This document shows, in pieces, positions 1 through 9,002 of a stretch of 64,000 nucleotides of DNA. The DNA is from Gammaproteobacteria bacterium (GTDB lineage: Bacteria; Pseudomonadota; Gammaproteobacteria; Pseudomonadales; JANQJO01). A program made the position numbers and the translations under genes. Under the pieces are notes generated by a model. It searched no databases. It was not told the origin of the DNA and saw nothing but the letters and a program-made list of their open reading frames with translations. Position 1 is the first letter of the stretch. Every line of letters begins with the position of its first letter. Location: positions 3,486-67,485 of the forward strand of contig JANNXD010000073.1 of assembly GCA_031409375.1 (NCBI GenBank). The letters are read 5' to 3'.

Positions 1-153
1 ACCACATTTGCCTTCAGCATTGGTAGCCAACTGCATGCTTGCAGTAACATCTTGACTTACAAAAGGATTAACTTCTGCGTGAACCACTGCTGACATTGCC
101 GAAACCATGACTGCAGCACCAACGATACTACCAAACTGTATTTTCTTAGACAT
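1..153 (-). CDS. 5' part of a small secreted Cys-motif peptide; HvfA-like RiPP metallophore precursor candidate (runs off the window start)
   Basis: Reverse-strand ATG at 153-151 is preceded by GAGGGA. Translation is MSKKIQFGSIVGAAVMVSAMSAVVHA/EVNPFVSQDVTASMQLATNAEGKCG: a signal peptide, an NPF motif, then EGKCG exactly at the window edge. It is absent from the ORF track because it is truncated. Confidence 0.4.
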   Translation of the reverse strand, partial: MSKKIQFGSIVGAAVMVSAMSAVVHAEVNPFVSQDVTASMQLATNAEGKCG

Positions 154-300
154 GCTTCATCCCTCAAAAACAAACATAACAAAATCTGCTTCACCTCACA
201 AATCAAGAAGATCCACAAATCGACCCGAATACAGACACGCCAAAATGCATGCCTGCACTTTTTCTAGCAGGGTTTCGTTAACAATAATTCAACCCACTAC

Positions 301-338
301 TAAGAAACTCATTAACCGCTAAGAAACTCATTAACCGC
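301..338. repeat. Perfect 19-bp tandem direct repeat (TAAGAAACTCATTAACCGC x2) in an intergenic region
   Basis: Read directly: 301-319 and 320-338 are identical. It lies about 150-185 bp upstream of the minus-strand peptide gene start at 153 and downstream of the KAS III-like gene stop at 453. Confidence 0.9.
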
Positions 339-452
339 GATTGATTATAGATGAACTTGCCATTCATTTTGCATTTTCAATTTGAGAAGTGTACGACAAT
401 TGATGACAAACTTAATAATGGCACGTCTTGCATTAAGAAAACTGTAACACCT

Positions 453-1580
453 TTAAAAGGCCGTCTGCTCCAAAACCAAACAAGCTGCCGAGTAGCCCGC
501 GCCAAAAGAGCTGAGCATACCCAATTCACCAACTTGAAAATCATGTTGATATTCATGAAAAGCCACTAACGAACCCGCAGAGCTGGTATTAGCAAAACGA
601 TCCAAAATAATTGGCGCTCGCAACGCCTCAGGATCATAACCCAATATTTTTTTCATAATCAACAAATTCATATTGAGATTCGCCTGATGCAACCAAAAGC
701 GTTTAATTTGCGAGGGCAATAACTGTTGCCGCAATAAATGCTCCGCCAATAACTCTGAAACCCATGCCACAACATCTTTAAATGCTTTACGACCATTTTG
801 ATAAAACGTTTTGTCACGAGCTTGCTGCGATTGGGGCGTGCAACGATTTAAAAAACCAAAATTATTGCGAATATTACTGGAGAACTGTGTTGACAACTGC
901 TGCGATCGAATTTTAAAAGCCCGTGAAAGACGAACTTCATCTTTATGTTGCACAACCATCGCTGCAGCAACATCGCCAAAAATAAAATGGCAATCTCGAT
1001 CTCGCCATTCTTGATGCCCTGAAGTGATTTCTGGACTGATCACCAATACATTACGCGCAGTGCCAGAAAAAATTGCAGTATAAGCATTGTGCAAACCAAA
1101 AGTACCTGACGAGCAAGCGACATTCATGTCATATGCAAAACCACGACAACCTAATGCCGCTTGCACTTCAATCGCAATGGCAGGATAAGCACGCTGCAAG
1201 TTAGAACAAGCCACAATAACACCATCAATTTTATCTGCTGACAAATCGGCATTATGGAGCGCTTGGCGAGCGGCATTGACCGCAAACTCAGCCTGCAAAC
1301 TCAAAGCTTCATCCGGTCTTTCAGCAAACAACGGATGCATAACGAGCGGATTCAAAATGCCATTTTTTTCAATCACAAACCGATTTTTTATACCCGATGC
1401 TTTTTCAATAAACTCAGAGCTCGATGGCTGGAGTGTTTCGCGTTCTCCCGATGCAATTTCTGTTGCATAACGATGATTGCATTGCTGAACATACTGATTA
1501 AAGGCTGCAACTAACTCTTCATTACTAATCTGATACTCAGGTACAGCAACACCCGAGGCCGCAATAAAAACCTCAGCCAT
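453..1580 (-). CDS. Beta-ketoacyl-ACP synthase III-like (FabH family, long form)
   Basis: Thiolase-fold KAS III motifs are present: NVACSSG (active-site Cys), WLHQANLNMN (His) and FANTSSAGS (Asn). The ATG at 1580 has AAGGAG 8 nt upstream, so it is preferred over the GTG at 1589. Confidence 0.8.
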   Translation of the reverse strand: MAEVFIAASGVAVPEYQISNEELVAAFNQYVQQCNHRYATEIASGERETLQPSSSEFIEKASGIKNRFVIEKNGILNPLVMHPLFAERPDEALSLQAEFAVNAARQALHNADLSADKIDGVIVACSNLQRAYPAIAIEVQAALGCRGFAYDMNVACSSGTFGLHNAYTAIFSGTARNVLVISPEITSGHQEWRDRDCHFIFGDVAAAMVVQHKDEVRLSRAFKIRSQQLSTQFSSNIRNNFGFLNRCTPQSQQARDKTFYQNGRKAFKDVVAWVSELLAEHLLRQQLLPSQIKRFWLHQANLNMNLLIMKKILGYDPEALRAPIILDRFANTSSAGSLVAFHEYQHDFQVGELGMLSSFGAGYSAACLVLEQTAF

Positions 1581-1618
1581 GATGACCACTCCTTTTATTC
1601 ACTTTACGATCATTCACT

Positions 1619-3403
1619 TTAAGCTGGCACGCGCAACATTTTTCTAAGAATTTTGCCGACATTTGATTTTGGTAGCTCTTGACGGAATTCCACATACTTA
1701 GGCACTTTATACGCCACCAGTCGCTGACGCGCATATTGAATGACATCTTGTTGACTTAAAGTACTTCTTGACGCCACCACAAACACCTTGACCACTTCGC
1801 CACTTTTTTCATCCGCAACACCAATGGCTGCACATTCACGAATATCGGGATGAGTAACCAGTTCATCTTCAATTTCATTAGGATACACATTAAAGCCAGA
1901 CACCAAAATCATGTCTTTAAGACGATCAACAATCCGAATATAACCATCTGCTTGAATAACGGCGATATCACCTGTTTTTAACCAACCTTCTTTATCAAAA
2001 ATCTTAATGGTCTCATCATCCCGCTGCCAATACCCTTTCATGACTTGCGGACCCTTCACACAAAGCTCACCAGGCATGTCAACACCCAGAACAACACCAT
2101 TCTCATCAACGACTCTAACATGTGTGTCTTGCACAGGAAGACCAACAGAACCAATTTGAATAGCCTCAGGAGGATTAACAGAAACAACAGGTGCCGTTTC
2201 TGTCATACCAAATCCTTCACATATCTGACAATGGGTGATCGCTTGCCATTTTTCAGCAACCGATTTCTGCAATGCCATCCCACCTGCAACCGTTATTTTT
2301 AAATGTGAAAAATCGACTGAAGCAAAATCAGGATGCTCGCATAGCGCCAAAAATAAAGTATTTAAACCCGCAAATGCTGTGAACGGCCATTTTTTCATTT
2401 CCTCAATAAAACCTGCCAAATCGCGCGGATTGGTGATTAGCACACTATGATTACCAGACTCGATCATCGCCATGCAATTAACTGTAAAAGAAAAAATATG
2501 ATAAAGCGGCAAAGGCGTCATCATAATTTCTTTGCCTTCTCGAAAATTGCTCCAAACACCCCGAATCTGTAGCATATTCGCAATTAAATTACGATGCGTC
2601 AGCTCTGCGCCTTTCGATATGCCCGTTGTGCCACCGGTATATTGCAACACAGCAGTTACATCCGCATTTTCAGGACAATAACGAACCAACCGATGTTTGC
2701 GCCCCTGAAGCAGCGCACTGTTTAACGTGATTGCCGTGGGCAGTTCATATTTCGGCACCATTTTTTTGACATATTTGACAGCGGCATTAATCAATCTGTT
2801 TTTAGGAAAAGGGAGTAGATCCGCCAGCTCAGTCACTATCACTGTTTTAATCAATGTATCGGGAAGTGATTGCTCAACACGATCGCCAAAATTCGCTAGC
2901 ACGACCAAGGCTGTCACACCAGCGTCATTAAACTGATGCACCATTTCACGCACCGTGTAGAGTGGATTGGTGTTGACGACAATTAAACCTGCACGCATCG
3001 CTCCCAACACACACACAGGAAATTGCAGCACATTCGGTAATTGAATCGCGATGCGATCACCTGGTTTCAAATGCGTATAGTTTTGCAAATACACGGCAAA
3101 CTGACGCGTCAGCTTTTCTAAGCGTCGAAAACTAATGGTATAACCCAAATTAGAAAATGCTGGCTTATGCGCAAATTTTTCACACGCGGTTTCTAACACT
3201 TCAACAATTGACTGGTAGCGATTCAGATCCATGTAAGTATGCAACGCAGATGAAAGGTGATTGGTTGGCTTGATTGTATTAATCACTTCACTTTCTCGCT
3301 TAGATTTTGATTGAGAAGCATCGATTATCTTCAACACCCCCTGTTGCGCCCAATTTCCTGCCGCCTTCATACTAGCCATCCCTAGTGACCCAATAAATCG
3401 CAC
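1619..3403 (-). CDS. fadD: Long-chain fatty-acid--CoA ligase (FadD-like)
   Basis: AMP-binding motifs YTGGTTGISKGA, GFGMTE, TGD and the C-terminal KSNVGKILRK are present, and NRYQSIVEVLE resembles the FadD N-terminus. The start is uncertain (GTG 3403, ATG 3379 or ATG 3370). Confidence 0.8.
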   Translation of the reverse strand: MRFIGSLGMASMKAAGNWAQQGVLKIIDASQSKSKRESEVINTIKPTNHLSSALHTYMDLNRYQSIVEVLETACEKFAHKPAFSNLGYTISFRRLEKLTRQFAVYLQNYTHLKPGDRIAIQLPNVLQFPVCVLGAMRAGLIVVNTNPLYTVREMVHQFNDAGVTALVVLANFGDRVEQSLPDTLIKTVIVTELADLLPFPKNRLINAAVKYVKKMVPKYELPTAITLNSALLQGRKHRLVRYCPENADVTAVLQYTGGTTGISKGAELTHRNLIANMLQIRGVWSNFREGKEIMMTPLPLYHIFSFTVNCMAMIESGNHSVLITNPRDLAGFIEEMKKWPFTAFAGLNTLFLALCEHPDFASVDFSHLKITVAGGMALQKSVAEKWQAITHCQICEGFGMTETAPVVSVNPPEAIQIGSVGLPVQDTHVRVVDENGVVLGVDMPGELCVKGPQVMKGYWQRDDETIKIFDKEGWLKTGDIAVIQADGYIRIVDRLKDMILVSGFNVYPNEIEDELVTHPDIRECAAIGVADEKSGEVVKVFVVASRSTLSQQDVIQYARQRLVAYKVPKYVEFRQELPKSNVGKILRKMLRVPA

Positions 3404-3568
3404 CGTACCCTATCAGTTTTGATTCAGCACGACAAGCTTCAAGCTTTTATGTTGTAATAGTTATCGACAAGATAAGTTTAAATCAATCAATACGCTTATA
3501 AAAACTACAATCAATCCCGTCTTGCATATACTCTATGACTTTTATCACCAGATACCGAGGGGTTAACC

Positions 3569-4399
3569 ATGAGCTTTAACAATAAAACCGTATTCATAAC
3601 TGGCGCTAGCCGTGGCATCGGCAAAGCGATTGGTTTAAAGCTAGCATCACAGGGCGCCAATATTGTCATCGCGGCCAAAACATCGGAACCCAACGCCAAA
3701 CTACCCGGCACAATATACTCTGCCGCTGACGAAATCGAAGCTGCTGGCGGAAAAGCTCTGCCGCTAATGGTCGACATTCGGGATGAGGCCGCCGTGCAGC
3801 AAGCCGTACAACAAGCCGCCGAACATTTTGGTGGCATCGATATTTTAATTAACAATGCCAGCGCCATTCAGTTAACCAACACCGAATACACGCCCATGAA
3901 ACGCTTTGACTTGATGATGTCCGTCAATGCACGCGGGACTTATTTATGCTCACAAACCTGCCTGCCTTATCTCAAAAAATCCAGCAATCCGCATATCTTA
4001 ATGATGTCCCCGCCGCTCGTCATGCAAGCACGCTGGTTTAAAAACCATGTCGCCTACACCATGGCTAAGTACGGTATGAGCATGTGCGTTCTGGGTATGG
4101 CAGAAGAATTTAAAGCGTTCGGCGTTGCTGTCAATGCTTTATGGCCACGCACAGCAATTGCCACAGCAGCGGTCAAAAATTTATTAGGGGGTGATGGCTC
4201 CATACAAAAAAGCCGCACACCTGAAATTGTTGCCGACGCAGCTTTTCATATTTTGCAACAACCCGCAAAAACCTGTACCGGTAATTTTTTTATCGACGAA
4301 GCCATTATTGCGCAATATATAGGCGGCGATTTGAGTCATTATCAAGTAGACCCAAGCGTGCCTAGCAATCAACTGATTGAAGATTTCTTTTTACCCTAA
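3569..4399 (+). CDS. SDR family NAD(P)-dependent oxidoreductase
   Basis: TGASRGIG cofactor motif, NNAS, and YTMAK (YxxxK) catalytic motif. Confidence 0.85.
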   Translation: MSFNNKTVFITGASRGIGKAIGLKLASQGANIVIAAKTSEPNAKLPGTIYSAADEIEAAGGKALPLMVDIRDEAAVQQAVQQAAEHFGGIDILINNASAIQLTNTEYTPMKRFDLMMSVNARGTYLCSQTCLPYLKKSSNPHILMMSPPLVMQARWFKNHVAYTMAKYGMSMCVLGMAEEFKAFGVAVNALWPRTAIATAAVKNLLGGDGSIQKSRTPEIVADAAFHILQQPAKTCTGNFFIDEAIIAQYIGGDLSHYQVDPSVPSNQLIEDFFLP

Positions 4400-4415
4400 G
4401 CGCATTGCGAACTTT

Positions 4416-5447
4416 ATGATCACGCCAAACCAAGCTTCAGACATGACGACGCATCGTTTTTGCGTTGCGCCCATGATCGACTGGACGGATCGGCATTTTC
4501 GTTTTTTGTTTCGGCTGATCTCTCGTCATGCGTGGCTGTACACGGAAATGCTGACCTGGCAAGCGATCCTCTATGGCAAGCAAGATAACCTGCTAGCATT
4601 TGATCCCAGCGAGCACCCCATTGCTTGCCAATTGGGCGGCGCTGATCCTGAACAATTAGCCAAAGCTGCAAAAATTGCTGAGACATATGGTTATGATGAA
4701 ATTAATCTGAATATTGGCTGCCCCAGTGATCGTGTGCAGCAAGGTGAGTTTGGCGCCTGCTTAATGCGATCACCGCAGCGTGTTGCCGACTGCGTGGCCG
4801 CGATTCGTGCGCAATGCAATCTACCCGTCACCATCAAGACGCGTACTGGCGTTGACCATCAGGACAGCTGGGATTTTTTACTGGACTTTATCGGGCCACA
4901 AATTGAACAAGGCGCAGCGGCGATTATTGTGCATGCGCGCAAAGCTTGGTTATCGGGATTAAGCCCAAAACAAAATCGTGAGATCCCCCCGTTAGAGTAC
5001 GATAAAGTTTATCGACTCAAACAATGTTTTCCCAATACACCGATGATTATCAATGGTGGCTTACGATCCATTGACAGCATCGAACAACATCTACAAATTC
5101 ACATTCATGAACAGCCAAAGCATAATGCACAGCTCGATGGCGTAATGATAGGTCGCGCCTGCTACCAACATCCTTATGAATTCTCTACCATCGATCAACG
5201 CTTGTTTGCTGATACCAGTCCACGATTGACTCAGTTAGAAATTATTAGTGCTTATGAAGAATATATCGCCAAGCAACTACAACAAAACGTTAGGCTACAC
5301 ACCATGACACGACATTTGTTGACATTATTTCAAAACTGCAAAGGTGCGCGCCAATGGCGTCGTCACCTGAGCGAGCAAGCCCCTCAAAGACCTTGCGATA
5401 TAAAAGTGATTGCAGAAGCGAAACAATTGATCACACGAGAAAGTTAA
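4416..5447 (+). CDS. dusA: tRNA dihydrouridine synthase A
   Basis: RFCVAPMIDWTDRHFRF and NLNIGCPSDRV are typical DusA motifs. The start is uncertain: the track ORF begins at TTG 4377, and ATGs occur at 4416 and 4443. Confidence 0.85.
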   Translation: MITPNQASDMTTHRFCVAPMIDWTDRHFRFLFRLISRHAWLYTEMLTWQAILYGKQDNLLAFDPSEHPIACQLGGADPEQLAKAAKIAETYGYDEINLNIGCPSDRVQQGEFGACLMRSPQRVADCVAAIRAQCNLPVTIKTRTGVDHQDSWDFLLDFIGPQIEQGAAAIIVHARKAWLSGLSPKQNREIPPLEYDKVYRLKQCFPNTPMIINGGLRSIDSIEQHLQIHIHEQPKHNAQLDGVMIGRACYQHPYEFSTIDQRLFADTSPRLTQLEIISAYEEYIAKQLQQNVRLHTMTRHLLTLFQNCKGARQWRRHLSEQAPQRPCDIKVIAEAKQLITRES

Positions 5448-5546
5448 CGAGGACAATCACGAATTAAAAAATGGCAGAGCATTCATAACTTAAAATGCTA
5501 ATATATCGCGGTCTATTATTTTACGATTCAATTACTGACACCGACC

Positions 5547-6209
5547 ATGACCCGACTTGCTATCTTTGATCTTGACGACACCTTGCTCCACGGCGACAGC
5601 GACCACGCATGGGGTGAATTTATCATTGAACAAGGCTTAGTAGATGCCGATTGGTATCGCACCCACAACGATAATTTTTATCACGACTACCAACAAGGCA
5701 CCTTAGACATCGTTGCCTACCAGTGTTTTGTTTTACAAGCGTTGCTACCCATCGAAACCACTCGACTGTTTGCGTTGCGCGAACAATTTGTTAGAGAAAA
5801 AATACAACCCATCTTTTGTCAACAAGCCCTAGGACTTATGCATCAGCACCAACTGCAAGGTGACACCACGATTATCGTTACGGCAACCAATGCGTTTATT
5901 ACCGAACCCATTGCAGCCCTCACGCCTGCTGTCGCATTGCTCGCAACGTTACCTGAATATCGCAACGGCAAGCTCACCGGTAACATCACCGGCATCCCCA
6001 GTTTTCAAGATGGTAAAATTTTGCGTTTGCACGAATGGATCAACGGCCGTGACATGCCATTAAGGCAAGCGTATTTTTATAGTGATTCGTTTAATGACTT
6101 GCCATTGCTCAATGAAGTTGGTTTCCCACACGCAGTGAATCCCGACGACAAACTAAGAACATTCGCGCTGGAACAGAAATGGCCAGTTTTAGACTTCAGT
6201 CCTCGATAA
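5547..6209 (+). CDS. HAD-IB family hydrolase
   Basis: LAIFDLDDTLL (DxDxT motif I), VTATN (motif II) and YSDSFNDLPLL (motif IV). Confidence 0.75.
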   Translation: MTRLAIFDLDDTLLHGDSDHAWGEFIIEQGLVDADWYRTHNDNFYHDYQQGTLDIVAYQCFVLQALLPIETTRLFALREQFVREKIQPIFCQQALGLMHQHQLQGDTTIIVTATNAFITEPIAALTPAVALLATLPEYRNGKLTGNITGIPSFQDGKILRLHEWINGRDMPLRQAYFYSDSFNDLPLLNEVGFPHAVNPDDKLRTFALEQKWPVLDFSPR

Positions 6210-6281
6210 GCTCAGCCACTGAGTTGAAATAACTTCGCCTGAACTGCGCAGCAGCAAACTCTATTTTTTCTTGATGCCGTG

Positions 6282-7460
6282 TTAGAACTGCTCATCACCC
6301 GTCGGCTCAATATGTGGCTCATGATTAATAGCCTGGCGCTTCTCTGCGGTCGCATGATAAACCTGATAACGGGCACGGTTTTGATTGCCAAGGGGACGAT
6401 GCGCAGCGATCGCGTGCCACGGATTAAAACGCAAACTACGGGCAAAGGCTTGTTGCTGGCTCGAATTAAAGGTTTGCATGGGAATCTCGAGCGTCGCCAC
6501 GTTAATGAAGGGCGATTCTCTTTCTAACCATTCCACCGAGGCATCTTCAATCGGCATCCGGTAGGGATCGGTTTGGAGCTGCACGGCGATATCGAAGATC
6601 ACAGAGCGTTTTTTTAAAGTTTTGATCATCGCATCGCGCAGATAGTTATCACTCAATTTGTTAAGCTTAGTTTTTTTCTCCACGCGCGGTATCATCGAAA
6701 ATTTCATCGCTTGACCCTCGCCCATTAAAAACGGCGTGCAGCTAAAATAGCGCACCTCTAGAGGATTGGCATACAAGCGGGCATACAAGCCTTGCATAAT
6801 AGCATCAAGCCAATGAGGCGCCATTGGATTGATGAAATACCAAGCGGGTGTACCCCGCCCAATTTCTTGCTGCAGAATTCGATTGGCCTGAATATTCGGC
6901 GTGGTAAAAGTTGGACAACTGATGCCGAGAAAATCTTGCGTATGCTGTTCTTCGTCCATCAGTTTTTTGCCGGGGACACGCATCACTTTAATACCCATAC
7001 TGAGAATGCCATTGTCTTGTGGATCAGGCACCACCAACGGACCAGGCCCACCAAAACGAACATAAGCCGGAAAAGTTTTTGCTTGTCGGAACAGTCCGAC
7101 TTTTAAATTTTTGGGCAAAGAATCGAGCACGGTAAATTCCGCTTTTACTACACCGTAAGTTTTAGTGTTGCCGGCACGCTCAGCAATGCGCCCGGTTTGT
7201 TGATACTGAGCTTCTAAAAAACGATTCATGCTCGCGGTAATATCGTCAACCAGCTGCTGCTCATTGGGCAAGCGACGTTCTTGGGCAATCGCCAAACACT
7301 GATCCGCCGGATGTAAGTGGGTAATGCGAATTAAACTTTGGGTGATGGCCTGTAAAGGAGCACGACAATAGGCATCAAAGGCATCACGATAATACACATC
7401 TAACGGCCGTGTTTTTGCCATAAAGGTTTCGGTCAGCCGCTGCGCTAAAACACGTATCAT
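6282..7460 (-). CDS. Catalase-fold haem protein (catalase-related, short form), paralogue A
   Basis: By-eye alignment to the catalase core: ERAGNTKTYGVVKAEFTV against ERVVHAKGAGAFGYFEV, AYVRFGG against AVRFSTV, DFLGISCPTFT against DLVGNNTPVFF, and C-terminal NRARYQVY against the proximal R...Y region. It has about 390 aa, so it lacks the extensions of true catalases. Confidence 0.6.
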   Translation of the reverse strand: MIRVLAQRLTETFMAKTRPLDVYYRDAFDAYCRAPLQAITQSLIRITHLHPADQCLAIAQERRLPNEQQLVDDITASMNRFLEAQYQQTGRIAERAGNTKTYGVVKAEFTVLDSLPKNLKVGLFRQAKTFPAYVRFGGPGPLVVPDPQDNGILSMGIKVMRVPGKKLMDEEQHTQDFLGISCPTFTTPNIQANRILQQEIGRGTPAWYFINPMAPHWLDAIMQGLYARLYANPLEVRYFSCTPFLMGEGQAMKFSMIPRVEKKTKLNKLSDNYLRDAMIKTLKKRSVIFDIAVQLQTDPYRMPIEDASVEWLERESPFINVATLEIPMQTFNSSQQQAFARSLRFNPWHAIAAHRPLGNQNRARYQVYHATAEKRQAINHEPHIEPTGDEQF

Positions 7461-7471
7461 AATAACTCTCT

Positions 7472-8923
7472 TTAACTCACCAGGTCAGTTAACAAAAACT
7501 GCAACGCCGATTTGCTCGGCAAAAAGAAATAAGCGCCACCACGGGTGCGTACAAACGCTGGCAAATCACTGACTTTTTGACGCACAGGACACGCTTGCAT
7601 GGTAAAGTCATCCGTCGCGCCGGATAAACGTTGCGCCACTCGACCCCGTGAACCAATGATCGGATCTGGATCTTGGTATAAACCATTAAAGTTTGGATTG
7701 TTCGCCCAGGTGTACTGCACAAACTCAAATTGCCGCGTGATATTGGCATTCAAACAAATAAAATGTAGGCCACGATCTTGATTGTCAACTTTACCGGCTG
7801 CAATTTTTTTTAAAAACTCCGTTGGCGACATAGAGGCATCAAACGGCGCACCATAAGCGCGGCCACGTCGTAACAAGCGATGCCGATCACTAAACGCCAT
7901 CGATTTTTCTGAACCCGGTTCAGGTGGTAAAGAGTCACGTGGGTTAGTCCGACGAATATGCGCTCCCAACGGGCAACGATAACCTTCCGGATCTTCCTGA
8001 TGATAAGCAAACGCATCCAACGCTTTTAAGTCTGGCGCATCTTCATCGGGTGCCTTCACTAAAGGCGCACCACTGGGCCAACGACCTACCATTTTGGATG
8101 CCAACTTCACTGGATCTATGTCCGCTTTTTCGCCTGCTTGTTGCAACCAGTGCCAGAAACCCGCTACATCCTGCTGCAATTGACGAAATACCAGATAAGT
8201 TCCATTTTTGCCAAGATCTTTTAACGCGCTGCCTTCAAGATCGACAGGTAAGCAGTTTTGCACATCCAGCTTCGCATCCACTTTGGGGCGCTGAGTGTAA
8301 TAGCCATACGCATTTTTATAACCCAAGACAAATTCGCCCAGCGCTACCCCCTTGGCATTGTCTTTAGCGTTCGAGTCAAATTCTGCAATATAGGGTTGGG
8401 CAATGCCGTCTTGAAAACCAAAGTGTTCCTTTTGCTGCGGCAATGATTCACTATCCAGACGCTGTTGCAAAAGCAAACCCGCTGCCGGTAAAGCCTGCTG
8501 AATCTCATCAACCGCTTTTTCTAAATGCGGCCAATCAACGGCATACAACATAATCAACAAATGCAGCGACTGCTGATGCCCCCATTGCCAATGCTCTGGC
8601 GCCTGATCACCTTCATCCCCCAAAATATGGCGACGATGCGGTGTGTTCATTCCGGCACGAAATTCATCAGCAAAACCTTTGATAATATTTTCAGGGACAC
8701 ATAGCGCCTGTAGACCTTGCGCCGTCAGCGCGATATTCATCGCCAATTGTTCAGGTTTTTGCGTGGCCACCGTTAACAACGATAGCTGCTGCGTCAAATA
8801 TTTTTTTGCTACCACGACATCGGTAATTGTAAGCAATAAATAACACGCCGATGGTAAATTACCGTAGCCTCGCACCACCAGCGCCTGTAGATCATTCCAA
8901 TCTTGATCAGATAACTGATTCAT
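7472..8923 (-). CDS. DyP-type (dye-decolorizing) haem peroxidase, long form
   Basis: EHFGFQDGIAQP (GxxDG motif, nt 8394-8429), GAHIRRTNPR (proximal His region), LLRRGRAYG, and the C-terminal GGAYFFLPS. Confidence 0.8.
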   Translation of the reverse strand: MNQLSDQDWNDLQALVVRGYGNLPSACYLLLTITDVVVAKKYLTQQLSLLTVATQKPEQLAMNIALTAQGLQALCVPENIIKGFADEFRAGMNTPHRRHILGDEGDQAPEHWQWGHQQSLHLLIMLYAVDWPHLEKAVDEIQQALPAAGLLLQQRLDSESLPQQKEHFGFQDGIAQPYIAEFDSNAKDNAKGVALGEFVLGYKNAYGYYTQRPKVDAKLDVQNCLPVDLEGSALKDLGKNGTYLVFRQLQQDVAGFWHWLQQAGEKADIDPVKLASKMVGRWPSGAPLVKAPDEDAPDLKALDAFAYHQEDPEGYRCPLGAHIRRTNPRDSLPPEPGSEKSMAFSDRHRLLRRGRAYGAPFDASMSPTEFLKKIAAGKVDNQDRGLHFICLNANITRQFEFVQYTWANNPNFNGLYQDPDPIIGSRGRVAQRLSGATDDFTMQACPVRQKVSDLPAFVRTRGGAYFFLPSKSALQFLLTDLVS

Positions 8924-9002
8924 TCAACATCCTTTTTAAATTTTTTAAATGAGTTGATCATCCACTTTATAATCTCACCAAACATTACAATCTCATAAAC
9001 CC

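Noticed and set aside
107-569. Small plus-strand ORFs 107..322 and 351..569 in the region between the peptide gene and the KAS III-like gene.
   Set aside because: They have no RBS and odd composition. The first overlaps the 5' end of the minus-strand peptide gene, and the second runs into the 3' end of the KAS III-like gene. The region is better explained as promoter or spacer DNA containing the 19-bp tandem repeat.
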